Program-made: the position numbers and the translations under genes
Part shown: positions 1 to 16,630 of the stretch, in pieces
Layout of the letters: the number at the start of each line of letters is the position of its first letter
Position numbering within the stretch: the first letter of the stretch is position 1
Assembly: GCA_964035545.1 (NCBI GenBank)
Contig: OZ037772.1
Span: 1,674,001-1,738,000, forward strand
DNA length: 64,000 bases
Reading direction: 5' to 3'
Origin: Bugula neritina
Taxonomy: Eukaryota; Animalia; Bryozoa
Notes under the pieces: generated by a model
Seen by the model: only the letters and a program-made list of their open reading frames with translations
The model's database searches: none
What the model was told of the DNA's origin: nothing

Positions 1-193
1 GGGTAGGCTATATTATTGTAATCATATTAACCAACTTGACAGTTTACTAATTCATTGTCTAACTCTGTCTGTCTTTGTCTAGTAACACTATTTATTTATT
101 TATTTACTTATTAATTTATTTATTTGACTAAATCTTGTCTGTCTTTGTCTAGTAACACTATTTATTTATTTACTTACTTATTAATTTAATTAA

Positions 194-2265
194 ATTACTA
201 GTTTATATTACCAAGTTATATTACTAGTTTATGTTACCAAATTAAATTACTAGTTTATATTACCAAGTTATATTACCAAGTTGTATTACCAGTTTATGTT
301 ACCAAGTTATATTACTAGTTAATGTTACCAAGTTAAATTGCTAGTTTATATTACCAAGTTATATTACCAAGTTGTATTACTAGTTTATATTACCGAATTA
401 TATTACTAGTTAATGTTACCAAGTTATATTAACAGTTAATGTTACCAAGTTAAATTACTAGTTTATATTACCAAGTTATATTACCAGTTTATATTACCAA
501 GTTATATTACCAGTTTATGTTACCAAGTTATCTTACTAGTTTATATTACCAAGTTATATTGTCAGTTTATATTACCAAGTTATCTTACTAGTTTATATTA
601 CCAAGTTATATTACTAGTTTATATTACCAAGTTATATTACTAGTTAATGCTACCAAGTTGTATTACCAGTTTATGTTACCAAGTTATCTTACTAGTTTAT
701 ATTACCAAGTTATATTACTAGTTTATGTTACCAAATTAAATTACTAGTTTATATTACCAAGTTATATTACCAAGTTGTATTACCAGTTTATGTTACCAAG
801 TTATATTACTAGTTAATGTTACCAAGTTAAATTACTAGTTTATATTACCAACTTATATTACCAAGTTGTATTACTAGTTTATATTACCGAATTATATTAC
901 TAGTTAATGTTACCAAGTTATATTACTAGTTAATGTTACCAAGTTATATTACCAGTTTATGTTACCAAGTTATATCACTAGTTTATGTTACCAAATTAAA
1001 TTACTAGTTTATATTACCAAGTTATATTACCAAGTTGTATTACCAGTTTATATTACCGAATTATATTACTAGTTAATGTTACCAAGTTATATTACTAGTT
1101 AATGTTACCAAGTTATATTACCAGTTTATGTTACCAAGTTATATCACTAGTTTATGTTACCAAATTAAATTACTAGTTTATATTACTAAGTTATATTACC
1201 AAGTTATATTACCAAGTTGTATTACCAGTTTATGTTACCAAGTTATATTACTAGTTAATGTTACCAAGTTAAATTACTAGTTTATATTACCAAGTTATAA
1301 TACCAGTTTATATTACCAAGTTATATTACCAGTTTATGTTACCAAGTTATATCACTAGTTTATGTTACCAAATTAAATTACTAGTTTATGTTACCAAGTT
1401 ATATTACTAGTTAATGTTACCAAGTTAAATTACTAGTTTATATTACCAAGTTATATTACCAGTTTATATTACCAAGTTATATTACCAGTTTATGTTACCA
1501 AGTTATCTTACTAGTTTATATTACCAAGTTGTATTACCAGTTTATGTTACCAAGTTATATTACTAGTTTATATTACCAAGTTATATTACCAGTTTATATT
1601 ACCAAGTTAAATTACTAGTTTATATTACCAAGTTATATTACCAAGTTATATTGCCAGTTTATATCACCAAGCTATATTACTAGCTTATGTTACCAAGTTA
1701 TATTAACAGTTAATGTTACCAAGTTAAATTACTAGTTTATATTACCAAGTTATATTACCAGTTTATATTACCAAGTTATATTACCAGTTTATGTTACCAA
1801 GTTATCTTACTAGTTTATATTACCAAGTTATATTGTCAGTTTATATTACCAAGTTATCTTACTAGTTTATATTACCAAGTTATATTACTAGTTTATATTA
1901 CCAAGTTATATTACTAGTTAATGCTACCAAGTTGTATTACCAGTTTATGTTACCAAGTTATCTTACTAGTTTATATTACCAAGTTATATTACTAGTTTAT
2001 GTTACCAAGTTATATTACTAGTTTATATCACCAAGTTATATTACTAGTTTATATTACCAAGTTATATTACTAGTTTATATCACCAAGTTATATTACTAGT
2101 TTATATCACCAAGTTATATTACCGGTTTATATTACCAAGTTATATTACTAGTTTATATTACCAAGTTATATTACTAGTTTATGTTACCAAGTTATATTAC
2201 TAGTTTATATTACCAAGTTATATTACTAGTTTATATCACCAAGTTATATTACTAGTTTATACTGC
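194..2265. repeat. AT-rich minisatellite of alternating 13-14 bp units (TTACCAAGTTATA / TTACTAGTTTATA)
   Basis: About 2 kb of directly visible tandem repeats with scattered variants. Confidence 0.95.
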
Positions 2266-2924
2266 TAGTATTCAACAACTATTCTCCATCACATCTCAAC
2301 TCTGACGCAACTGCACTGACTAATCATCCGTATAGTTTATAGTTTATGTTGAACTCTTCAGACCCTGAGAACTGTGCGTGTGGCTTCACCTGCGAGTGTG
2401 GTGCCTGTGTTGGGGTATGTGACCTTGACAGAGACTGTGGGAAGCTGCAGATCTGTTTGGAGAAAAGATGTTATCAGCAGGCCTCACCAGATGACAGAAC
2501 TGTTGTCTAGGATCTTTATCACTCAGAACTAGTAGAATGTTCTTCAGGTATGAATACGAAATCGTTGACCTTAACTCTATTAGAGTTTAAAAGTGTTGCT
2601 TTCTGTTGTACTTATATCTGTGAGTAGTCACTATGACTAATACTGCGAGTTATCGATGATTTTCATACTATGAGTTATCACTACCTACTATAACTTATAC
2701 TGTGAGACCAAGTAGCTGCTGTAACTTATACTGTAAATCATGACTAACTAATATCACTAATACTGTGAGTCATGACTAACTGATATCACTAATACTGTGA
2801 GTCATGACTAACTGATATCACTTATACTGTGAGACCAAGTAGCTGCTGTAACTTATACTGTGAGTCAATTATCAAAAATAGCAAAGAAGTAGAGATATAC
2901 TGTGTATTAAATTTAGTAAAGTTA

Positions 2925-3035
2925 CCCAATTATGACTGGATGCTCTTCCTTGCATCACCAAAGGTTTTTACTGGGGCTTAAACCCTTGGCTTTAAGTTTA
3001 CTAAGCAAACACTCTAACCCCTACATCACTGCTGC
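2925..3035 (-). mobile_element. tRNA-derived SINE fragment
   Basis: Minus strand reads GCAGCAGTGATGTAGGGGTTAGAGTGTTTG...GGAAGAGCATCCAGTCATAATTG; the same head and core occur at 43069-43175. Confidence 0.6.
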
Positions 3036-3180
3036 ATTTGCTAATGATCACACTTTATGTATGATTGGTACCCAAATAGGACAGAGCAAAGATAACTAAA
3101 GCGAAGATAGAATATATTTTGACACTGCTGAAAAGAATTAAGCATAGAGCAGGTTATCTCATAAAGCCTTAATATAATTA

Positions 3181-3632
3181 AGTATAGTTACTCTGTTAGT
3201 ACAGTTACTCTGTTAGTATAATTACTCTGTTAGTATAGTTACTCTGTTAGTACAGTTACTCTGTTAGTATAGTTACTCTGTTAGTACAGTTACTCTGTTA
3301 GTATAATTACTCTGTTAGTATAGTTACTCTGTTAGTACAGTTACTCTGTTAGTATAGTTACTCTGTTAGTATAGTTACTCTGTTAGTATAGTTACTCTGT
3401 TAGTATAGTTACTCTGTTAGTATAGTTACTCTGTTAGTATAGTTACTCTGTTAGTACAGTTACTCTGTTAGTATAGTTACTTTGTTAGTACAGTTACTCT
3501 GTTAGTATAGTTACTCTGTTAGTATAGTTACTCTGTTAGTATAGTTACTCTGTTAGTATAGTTACTCTGTTAGTATAGTTACTCTGTTAGTATAGTTACT
3601 CTGTTAGTTTAATTACTCTGTTAGTATAGTTA
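3181..3632. repeat. 17-bp minisatellite (TATAGTTACTCTGTTAG)n
   Basis: Direct tandem repeats. Confidence 0.95.
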
Positions 3633-3892
3633 CAGTAGCAGTTTGCTAGTCATAATAACTTGCACTGTTAGTTGCTTAACTAGTTATTCTACATCTCTTG
3701 TAGCCACAACCAAAGTGGTGTCTATATATCCTGCTAGTGACTTGAGTAATGACTCATTTGTCTCCTACGGTACGAGTGGTCAGCTTGCGGCAGTGTTGGG
3801 AGAGAGTGGAGACAACTTGGATCAGAGGTATAGGTATTGCTTAGTATAAGTTATACCATTTCCATATATAGACAAGCAGAGTGACAGATGAA

Positions 3893-4025
3893 CTGACTGA
3901 CAGACCGACTGACTGATTGACTGACTGACTGACTGACTGACTGACTGACTGACTGACTGACTGACTGACTGACTGACTGACTGACTGACTGACTGACGGA
4001 CTGACTGACTGACTGACGGACTGAC
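3893..4025. repeat. (GACT)n microsatellite
   Basis: Direct; produces the spurious SQSV ORFs. Confidence 0.97.
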
Positions 4026-4244
4026 GTTATAGTTAGCACGTGCAGCATAGTTACTGGCGTTCACACGTCACGTATTAGGCTATTCTTTTTCATGGCTGAA
4101 AATTTTACCGCCCTCAAAATTGGAATTTTGAAAAGCTGTTTTCTAGGCACATATCCCTTTGCAAAGCCGCAATTGTTTGCATACACATTACATTATAGTT
4201 CATAATTATAATGTGATTGTAATAAACTAAGATTGAGCAATCCT
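4026..4244 (-). mobile_element. Truncated copy of the TTAA-flanked DNA transposon at 35453-36221
   Basis: Near-identical reverse complement of 35453-35672; ends GAGCAATCCT followed by TTAA; the other end is lost at the GACT microsatellite. Confidence 0.85.
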
Positions 4245-5161
4245 TTAAGTCAATGTAGTATAGTATCAGTGTTGAGAACAAAGGAGGTTCCCCCCCTGTC
4301 AAAATTGCCCCTGCTAGTTGGACCCTAGAAGTGAAATTGCATAACTTCTATTTGTCCTTTGTGAGAACAAAAGTAATTGTAATTGTAATTATTTGCATTG
4401 CCATGTAATTTTGTAATGTAATTAATTACATTTATTTCAACTGTAATTATAATTATAATTGTAATTGACAAATTCTCATGTAATTGTAATTAATTACATT
4501 CACATGTAATTGACCCCAACAACCCTGGTTTATTATGGAGCTCATACTTTTATTGTTCAAGGTCTAGATGTATTCTCCACCATGTTTTTACTAGAAGTAA
4601 ACTTTAATTTGGTAATAAGTATAAAATAAACTGTTGTTTTGCATTGTAGAGTTTATTATTGCCTGAATCTTGATGAGAATATTGGCTTCACAATACCAGT
4701 GAAGCGATGTGATTGACCTGACAATATCAATGCAGCGATGTGATTGGCTTGACAGTATCAGAGTAGTGATGTGATTGGCTACTCTGTTCTGTTCTGCAGG
4801 GCCATGCCTACTTGTATTATGTGTTAATCTTGTTTTGCAGTGAACAGAAAGGGATAATGGGTCCCAAAAGACACCTGGGATCTTACCATGGAGAGGAAGG
4901 GTTCACCCGATGTTGATGGCCTGTCTGGTATATCCGGCAATCCTGGAGATGCAGGAGAAAGAAGACCACCTTGTTTCCCAGGAGATACCGGACTTTTTGG
5001 AGAACCAGGTAATGTTTATGCTCAATTGAGTTCAATCTGTCAAGTTATGTTGGGATCTTTTTCGTTTTCGTTATTTTATGTTTGTTATGTGGAAAAGGGG
5101 AAAACTCTATCTCAAAGCATTTTTGTTTTTTCAGAGAGCTTTGGATTATTTGATTATGGTC

Positions 5162-5498
5162 TACACAGGGGTGTAGACAAACTAAGCAACACAGGGGTGT
5201 AGACAAACCAAGCAACACAAGGTGTAAACAGACTAAACTACGCAGGGGTGTAGACAGACTAAACTACATAGGGGTGTAGACAGACTAAACTACATAGGGG
5301 TGTAGACAGACAAAACTACATAGGGGTGTAGACAGACTAAACTACATAGGGGTGTAGACAGATTAAACTACATAGGGGTGTAGACAGACTAAACTACATG
5401 GGGTTGTAGACAGACTAAACTACATAGGGGTGTAGACAGACTAAACTACATAGGGGTGTAGACAGACTAAACTACACAGGGGTGTAGACAGACTAAAC
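5162..5498. repeat. 26-bp minisatellite (CTACATAGGGGTGTAGACAGACTAAA)n
   Basis: Direct tandem repeats inside a collagen intron. Confidence 0.95.
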
Positions 5499-5825
5499 TT
5501 ACTACAAACTTATAACTACCTTGCGTCATGCCGTCATGATGTCTCCATTCTGTCTTATAATTTGACTTTTATTTAGCGAGCAGATTTCTAGTAGGCTATT
5601 CTATAGTGACCAGTCACACTGTTTATTATAGCAACATAGAAATCAAGTTGAAAACTAGTTGCACCTGTTGTGATGCTATCACTGGGTGCTTACAGGTAGA
5701 GACGGAGTACCTGGACCTGTTGAGATCGGATATCAGGGTAAACAAGGAGATCAAGGTCCTGCAGGTAAGAATGAGGAGTTACTCACCCTTGCTTGTGTAT
5801 TTCTGTTCTTTTTAGGTATTCTATA

Positions 5826-5970
5826 ATATGCTGGGGTTTCCCTCACAGCTATTATATATGCTGAGGTTCTCCTCACACCTATGCTATATGCTGGGGTTTC
5901 CCTCACAGATATTCTATATGCTGGGATTTCCCTCACACTTATGCTATATGCTGGGGTTCTCCTCGCAGCT
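5826..5970. repeat. 30-bp minisatellite (TATATGCTGGGGTTTCCCTCACA...)
   Basis: About five degenerate tandem copies. Confidence 0.85.
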
Positions 5971-8018
5971 AGTCTGCACTAAGGCAGGGAGTAGGCTAAG
6001 TAATCATATTGAATCCCAGCAGTGCTTGTTACTTCAACTGACAGAATTACTGTGTATGATAGTTGCTCTGACTGGTTTCAATGGATCATTTTTACCATAC
6101 TGTTTACCACATGATGCATTGTCTGAGTAAAAACAAGGAAACAAAAAAATATACCAGAAATGTTGAGAAATTTTGTGTTCCAGAATTAATAAATGACCGC
6201 ATGTAATGCATACTGGTGCTGCTTGGTTCATAGGACCTGTCGGACAAGCTGGAGAACCCGGTCTGGATGGCAGAAATGGAAAGACACGAGAAACTGCACG
6301 AACTGGTATGCCTGGTCCAATCGCCTCAAGGGGGGTCACTGGAGAACCCGGATCTAATGGAAGGTATTTTTTGTGCTTTACTCTACCCTATTCAGCTTCT
6401 TGGAACTTTTTATTTTATTTAGTTTTTATAATTTATTGTCAATTTTTTCAGAGACGGTTTACCTGGAGTACTGGGTGCTGATGGTAAACCTGGGGAGCAG
6501 GGTGATCAAGGACCTTCTGGCTCCATGGGTCCAGTGGGAATCCCCGGTAACCAGGGACCTGAAGGTGCTCAAGGAGACAAGGGTGATAAGGCAAGAACAT
6601 TCTTTATTCAGTTTTCTATTTATTTCAGTTCTCTGGTTTTCCACTAGTCAATCCTGTAGTTGTTTATTTGTTTTAGTTTATTTATGTTAATACTAGAGTT
6701 GCTTCAGTGACACCACATTATGCAATATATTACATAACAGTGCAGTATAATACACCATAATATAATATGTTATACAATACAATAATATTACAGAAAATAT
6801 AATTCACTAATATCTCACAGCTAAGGTGTGTCTCCTAAATATATTCATTACTATAGGGCCAGCTGGGCCACAGGGTGCTTCTGGACCAACTGGATTGTCT
6901 GGACCAACTGGTCCTCAGGGACCCCACAGAGCTTCCGGGAATTCCCGGCGAACAAGGACCTAAAGGTATGAATTAAGTTGAACCAATCGTTGTCCTTAGC
7001 TATTGGCCATCAACAGAATCTTGACTCTAAGAGTTATCCTACTTGGTAAGAAGGTAAGGCAATTCCTAACTCATGATAATATGAATATCATCTGCTGTTG
7101 TAAGACCCACTGGTTTCCAGGGACCTCAGGGATTCCTCGGAGCTCCTGGTGTTGATGGTTAAAGAGGAGATGTTGGATCAGTTGGCATTGCTGGACCACC
7201 CGGGCTACGGGGTGCTGACGGCAAACAAGGAATAACTGGTTCTTCTGGTGCTATGGGTGCTATGGGGCCACCTGGACCTGATGGTGCTAAGGTAAAAACT
7301 TACACTGTTAACAGGTTATTGTTATTCATCCTGTTAGTTTAGTGGTAATAAACCAATAGTCTGTATTTCTAGGGTGAGCAAAGGAGAGATGGGGAAATGG
7401 GTAGTCCTGGCAGACCTGGACCTCCTGGACTTCCTGATGAAGCCCCAGTATTTGGTTAGTTATCAGGAAAACCAAGTTATTGTCCATTACTTTTCATTCT
7501 CTTTCAACTGTGTATTGGTAATATTTTGGGAATTTCATCCATAGCTTGTGATTGAAGCTTTTATTTGATTCTACCATGGTTATGTTAGGTGCGCCCCCTA
7601 TGATGATGAGTGCAATGATGTCCAACAGTAAAGGTGTACAAGCAGATGATGCAGGCGCCAACAATGAGCTCTATAATATGTACCTCAGTGAGTAATGGCC
7701 ATGATGTGCTTTGATGTTGCCCGCTTTGTAGCAGAAAGGCTCTTTTAAATGCTGTTTTGGAACTCAAATGACGGACCTGTTTCAAATTGTTTGTATGTTT
7801 AATTTGCAGACAAACAATTATATAATTAACTGCTAGAAACTATTGTAATAAAACTAAAGACAGCTGTTGTAATGTGTTTCTCCTCCTAGCATTGATGATT
7901 GACATTCTTTCTTGATGAGTCACCTATTTAGTTCGCTTCTCCAGTTAAATGTTGCTACATTCTGACATATTATATAATGCTGGCTTTATTGCTGTTAGCT
8001 TACATCACTACTTCCACC

Positions 8019-10351
<2,333 letters not shown>

Positions 10352-11733
10352 CTTCCACCTTATTTCTCTAAAAACAAAGGTTAGGGACAGGTACAAAAAC
10401 AGCCCTGTTAGAGACTGTAGAGAACTCTTCACTGAAAACCCAGAGTTCAAGATAAAAATTTATTGATAAGTGTTGCTATAGTAACATGTTGGTTTCCTGT
10501 GTGGATGTTGATAAGTGTTGCTATAGTAACATGCAAATTACTATATCTATTTCATAAATCACCCAAAAAATAACAGGCAGCTTCTTAAGCTGAGTGATTT
10601 CTTTGCAGGATTTTTGCAAGGTATCTGAATCTGACCTATATACTGTAAATCTGACCTATATACTGTAAATATGACCTATATAGTGTAAACCTGACCTATA
10701 AAGCGTAAATTCGACCTGCATATGAACATGATTGCGATAGTTGCATCTTTTTTGTATTGATATACAATATAGCTTGCCTTTGAGGCTTTTTAATAACTGC
10801 TCATGAGATTAACCCAAAAGCCACTTTGATTTCTTTGCGAGTTTCGAGTTTGCGCTCTGCCATTTTGTAGTATGCCAAATCATCAGAAGCTCAGACGGTG
10901 ATTGAGATTGACACCAAGACCACCACCCACTTGCCTATTATTGACATAGCTCCTGGTGACATCAGGACCACCCACAAAGAGCTTCGGGTTCAGCTTGGAG
11001 AAGTCTGCTTTTCATAGACTCATACTTAACAACAGTTTCATTTAGCTGATTTGTAAGACTGTCCCTGATTAGATAATTAATGGCCAATCAGAGAATGCAA
11101 TCAATGTTTGGTTGGCTGAGACCAGCAGTCTGATTTTTATATAACCTAATTTTAAATGAAAGATTTGATTACTCTAAATAAATTTATCCGAGACTTCTGA
11201 GGCAGTGATGGTGATTTTTGTACATATAAATTTGAAGGAGTTTAGCTATAGGGTTTATGCTGTTTTTTTAATTATTCCACCATAACCTGAGATTGTGAGT
11301 AGTAATTCTAGAATGAGGTAGGGGGGGTGTTATGCCCCGCCCGTGATTTTATATATTTTGAAACTGTTGTTGATTTAGTAATTCTGTTGGTGCTACATTT
11401 TTAAATTTATTTAATCCAATCATTTCTTTAATATTGCAAAATATATTTTACCATACAGCACTACACAACTTATTTCTCAGCTTGTAAATTTCATCATCAA
11501 AATTATTATAGTACTAAAGTTGGTCACAGATTTCTGATAAGCTGCAGATTTCAGATTTGATTATTTAACCTATTTATCCTGAAATTAGACATTGTTAGTT
11601 TAAAATGGAGTGTAACATATATTTTAGTCACTTAGTTTCAACTGTGTTGACCATATCAACATTTTAAATTTTACTTTGGCTGCTATGAAGTATATAAGCA
11701 AATGGCATTAAGTTATTAATATATAATGAGGTT

Positions 11734-11890
11734 TGCAAAGACTTAATATACCAAGCAACTGTGACAAGACATGACAATAACTCCAGCCAATCATACATAG
11801 GACTCTGTTCAACTACCTTCAAAACCAGATTCAACAACCATAAAGCCTCTTTCCTACATGCAGATAAAGCCAACAGCACACAACTCAACA
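11734..11890 (+). mobile_element. Penelope-like retroelement GIY-YIG endonuclease fragment
   Basis: Translation CKDLIYQATVTRHDNNSSQSYIGLCSTTFKTRFNNHKASF...NSTQL fits the PLE GIY-YIG pattern (IY...YIG...FK.R..NH..SF); truncated at an (AT)n run. Confidence 0.75.
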
Positions 11891-12209
11891 ATATATATAT
11901 ATATATATATATTGAGATTGAGATATATATATATATAATATATATGCGGCCCAGAGAGGAACTCAGTCATCATGAACTCCAATGTCAATAATTTGAATAT
12001 ACTACAATAATACATATAGTATATTATTATTCTTTCAGGATAATTATTCTATTTATATTAACACCTGTTTATTTGAAGTAATTTAATAAGTTTTGCTGTA
12101 AATTTATTTCTCAAACCAGCATGTCAGTTAAATATAAAAGTTAAATTACACAGATACAACAGATAGACATGTAGTGATATACATTATAAAGCATATCATG
12201 TTGGTGAAT

Positions 12210-12525
12210 TGCTATACAGTATATTATGTTATACAGTTTACTATGTTATACAGTATCTTATGTTATACAGTATATTATGTTATACAGTATACTATGTTAT
12301 ACAGTATATTATGTTATACAGTATATTATGTTATACAGTATCTTATGTTATACAGTATACTATGTCATACAGTATATTATGTCATACAGTATGTTATGTC
12401 ATACAGTATACTATGTTATACAGTATCTTATGTTATACAGTATACTATGTCATACAGTATATTATGTCATACAGTATATTATGTTATACAGTATACTATG
12501 TTATACAGTGCATAATGTTATACAT
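12210..12525. repeat. 17-bp minisatellite (TACAGTATATTATGTTA)n
   Basis: Direct tandem repeats. Confidence 0.95.
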
Positions 12526-13873
12526 AGACTGGAGTATGATTTATTAATCCAATCAGATGCAAGTATGAACTGCGTGTTCCTGTAAAGTACAGCCAATCAT
12601 AATCCTGTGCCAACTTTAGTGTCTCACAGTTAGTGAACTGCAAAAAAACCAACTCATTCACCACCATGTCAGTCAAATTATATAAGATAAAGTATATTAT
12701 GTAGCAACAGCTGGGCTGTGGTGAAACTCTACTAGTCTATATTCTTACATGCAGACATGCATATTTAATTAATTTAACATTTTAAAAATGAACTTAAAAC
12801 TCAAGAATTTAAAATATGAAACAAAATAATGTGTCCTATAAAAATAGCACAGCTTCTTAGAAGCAAGTATTTTACACTTGAACATGCAGAATTTGTATAG
12901 AGTATAATGGTGACATTGTTGAATTGATACACACCTCTGATTGGATGTGTTTTACATAATAAAACAATTGTTCATCACTTTTATTATTAGTCTAAGGTTG
13001 ACAATAATTTACACGTTGTTAGTTATTGGTTGTAAACTGATTAATTCATCATTAAGTACTTGTTTGCTGCTGCCTGGTTTATAACTGCTTATCACAATTT
13101 TAATAACAAGGAAATTATCTTCTCTTGTTGTCTCCAGGTGCTACTGTATTTGACAGGTTTCCCTGTTAATAAAGTAATCTTATACTAATACTGATGACAT
13201 CCACAAATACTTGTGTAGGGGAACAATTGACCCTTCTCTACAACAGGAAAAGAATTGGTAAGACACGTACCAATAATATTACATACTTTATTTCATCAAT
13301 TCACTTATCCTTAATTTTATTGATTAAAAGTTACTTGCATGTAGGCTATTTTATAAATTGTTCCTATAAGACTAATTTGGGTGTACCTATACAATACTAG
13401 GTTTATATGACTGTGGTATATTGCTGAGTGCACATAGGCAGTGTCAATAATAGTTACTGTAGACTTTGCTTTTAGTGAGTTGGTTGGAAGAATTTACAGT
13501 CCAGTTCTTCGCGATGGAAAATTTTTATCTACAGATTAACTCTAGTTGAGAAACTGTTATCTAAAGTTTGTTACTTGAAGTACTATACAAATATTATTAG
13601 CAGCTTGATATTTCTTATCATTAAGGAGTGTTTAATATAAATATAATACTTGAGATAAACATTCTCATGTGATATAATGTAACCTGAAGTTATATCATAT
13701 GACTTGACTATCTCTACTAGAGTTAGGGTGGGTCACCTCACAGCCCACACATATCCATACACTACAAGACATACTGTAGGAAAACAGGGCTAATGTAATA
13801 AGTATAGAATAGTTGACCCAGCAGTTAGATACTTTGGTATAGAGACTCTAACTTTCTAGTAGTAGAAATAAAA

Positions 13874-14541
13874 GCAAGAGTGTCCAACCTTTTCAGAGCG
13901 AGGGCCACTACATGAAGGCAATTAATACTTCATGACGAAGGCCATATTGGACATGTTAGCTTGCTCTGAGGGCCACAGCATCATTATTTTTAAATTTATT
14001 TTATTTCAAATTCCTATAAATCGCTACACAATAAAGTTCCAATAGTTACTGTTTTATAGCATGTGTATAAATAAGACATTAGAAAGATAGCTTCTCACTC
14101 TAATCCATGTATACATGTGAAATATTGTTTTAGTTTTTTGCCTTTGAGGGCCACATATAAATGTAGGCTAGTAGTAGAAATAAAAGCAAGAGTGTCCAAC
14201 CTTTTCAGAGCGAGGGCCACTACATGAAAGCAATTAATACTTCATGACGAAGGTCACATTGGACACGTTAGCTTGCTCTGAGGGCCACAGCATCAGTATT
14301 TTTAAATTTACTTTATTCCAAATTCCTATAAATCACTACCCAATAAAGTCCCAATAGTTACTGCAGGCAGTATGTTTTATAGCATGTGTATAAGTAAGAA
14401 AAGTAGGAAATTAAAAAGATAGCTTCTCACTCTAATCCATGTATACATGTGAAAAACAACTTCAGGTTTTTGCCTTTGAGGGCCACATAAATGTAGGCTG
14501 GAGACCACATCCGGCCTGGGCCGCCTGTTGAAAAGCCCTGC
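13874..14541. mobile_element. hAT-type MITE with a partial tandem duplication (~312-bp unit)
   Basis: CAAGAGTGTCCAACCTTTT...GAGGGCCAC start occurs at ~13875 and ~14187; ends GGGCCGCCTGTTGAAAAGCCCTG, resembling degenerate CAGGGGTGTCCAAC-type TIRs. Confidence 0.65.
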
Positions 14542-16231
14542 TTTAAACAGTTGGCATATTAGTATGCCAGTGACCTAAAATGTAATGGTCACTCTAGTGT
14601 TACTTTACACTTAACACAATTCAAATATTGTATATAATAATCTACTATACTCCATTAGTATAGTATAGTAATTGTAACCACCTGCAGGATGGTCACATGA
14701 CCACTGCTACTTCTCAGACAGTTTGCTAAATGACAGAATAAGAAGAATGATGGCTGATCAGATGTATAATAACATAGTTTATCAGTTCACTTGAAGTCTT
14801 AAATTATTTTTGTTGAAAGTTAGTTGCTTGCATTTTAAAACTTGTTAATAAAACTATTATAACTATACAATACTAGCTTTATATGTGACTGCAATGGAAT
14901 ATTTACAATGAAATTTACAGTCCAGTTCTTCGTGATGGAAATTTTTTATCTGCAGAAGAGCTCTAACTGAAAAACTGTTATCTAAAGTTTGTCACTTAAA
15001 GTACTATACAAATATTATTAGCAGCTTGACATTTGTTATCATTAAGGGGTGTTTAACATAAATATAATACTTGAGATAAACATTCTCATGTGATATAATG
15101 TAACCTGAAGTTATATTATATGACTTGACTATCTCTACTAGAGTTAGGGTGGGTCACCTGACAGCCCACACATATCTACACAGGTGTCAGGTGATAATGG
15201 TACAATTGGCAAAGTAGGTAAAACTATATAGCACATTTTCAATATTAAGGTTTGAGGCAGGTTAAGTAGTTAAGAAGGAGTTAAGGTTTGAGAATGAGGT
15301 TCTTAGTTTGGGGTTTGGGTTTTGAGTTTGTGGTTTACCCTCCTAATTACGCTTAACGTATTGTACGCCATAACAGCAAATTTCAGCCATTCCTGGTATA
15401 AGTTGCAGCGTTAATCAAGCACTGCTTGGCTCAAAAAATCACACCAGGCAGAGTTGATATGGTACTATAAAATTTAAAAAATACTTTCCGCTGGTTTGTT
15501 TTAATCGCTTATTGTTGATTTAATTTAATAAATTCAAAAGTTTCAAAGGATTAAAATATCTTTTTCACCTTGCTTAAATTAAATTCAGCTTAAAAATGTA
15601 GATTTCACTAATTACTAAAGTATGCAAACCAACAATGTAAAAATTAATTGGACAGCTTAAATATTTTTATTATTCAAATTAGTTTGCACAATTATATATT
15701 TAATAGACACATATATTTAAAGGAGAGGTTTCTTTTTTTAAATGCTTTTATCTAGTCAAGAACATTATTATCACATTTTTTGAAAATAATTTTGCAATAA
15801 TTTGTAAATAACATTCAAAGGAGTACAAGTAACCGCAGACAAGAATTAGCCTCATTATGATTGGTCATAGCTCAACGTCATGCGTTGTACTTTTCTCAGT
15901 GTGTGACGCATGTTGACCAAACGTAACAGCAGGGCAATTTTATTTTTACCGTATGGTAAATGTGAATAAGGGGTTAGAGTTGAGGGTTCGAGTTTGGAGT
16001 TTAAGAAAACTTATAAACACCAGTAAGCCATTTTTTCCTGCACAGAGAGAAATATTAGTGTTGAAGTGAACATTAGCTGACAACTAAAACAGCTCGTTTT
16101 TTGGCTCCTAAATTGACCAGCAGTGAATAGAAATTAGTGTCAGGTACTGTTCACAATGAATAGTATGTTAGATCAATGTTGGTATAAAGAGTTGTGAAGT
16201 TGATTCTTTGTATTTATCACAATGAGCCAAG

Positions 16232-16630
16232 TTATGTTCAATGGTGATCGTATATATGTTCAATGGTGAGCTTATATATTTTCAATGGTGATCTTATTTA
16301 TGCTCAATAGTGATATTATATATGTTTAATAGTGATCTTATTTATGTTTAATAGTGATATTATATCTGTTCAATGGTGAGCTTATATATATTCAATAGTG
16401 ATCTTATTTATGCTCAATAGTGATATTATATATGTTTAATAGTGATCTTATTTATGTTTAATAGTGATATTATATCTGTTCAATGGTGAGCTTATATATA
16501 TTCAATGGTGATCTTATTTATGCTCAATAGTGATATTATATATGTTTAATGATGATCTTATTTCTGTTCAATGATGATCTTAGATATGCTCAATGCTGAA
16601 CTAAGTTATATTCAAAGCTGAACTTATAAA
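16232..16630. repeat. Degenerate ~22-bp minisatellite (TTCAATGGTGATCTTATATATG)
   Basis: Direct tandem repeats. Confidence 0.85.

Noticed and set aside
3822-4064. SQSV-repeat ORFs
   Set aside because: Translation of the (GACT)n microsatellite
12174-12585. Three overlapping repetitive ORFs
   Set aside because: A 17-bp minisatellite that happens to lack stops
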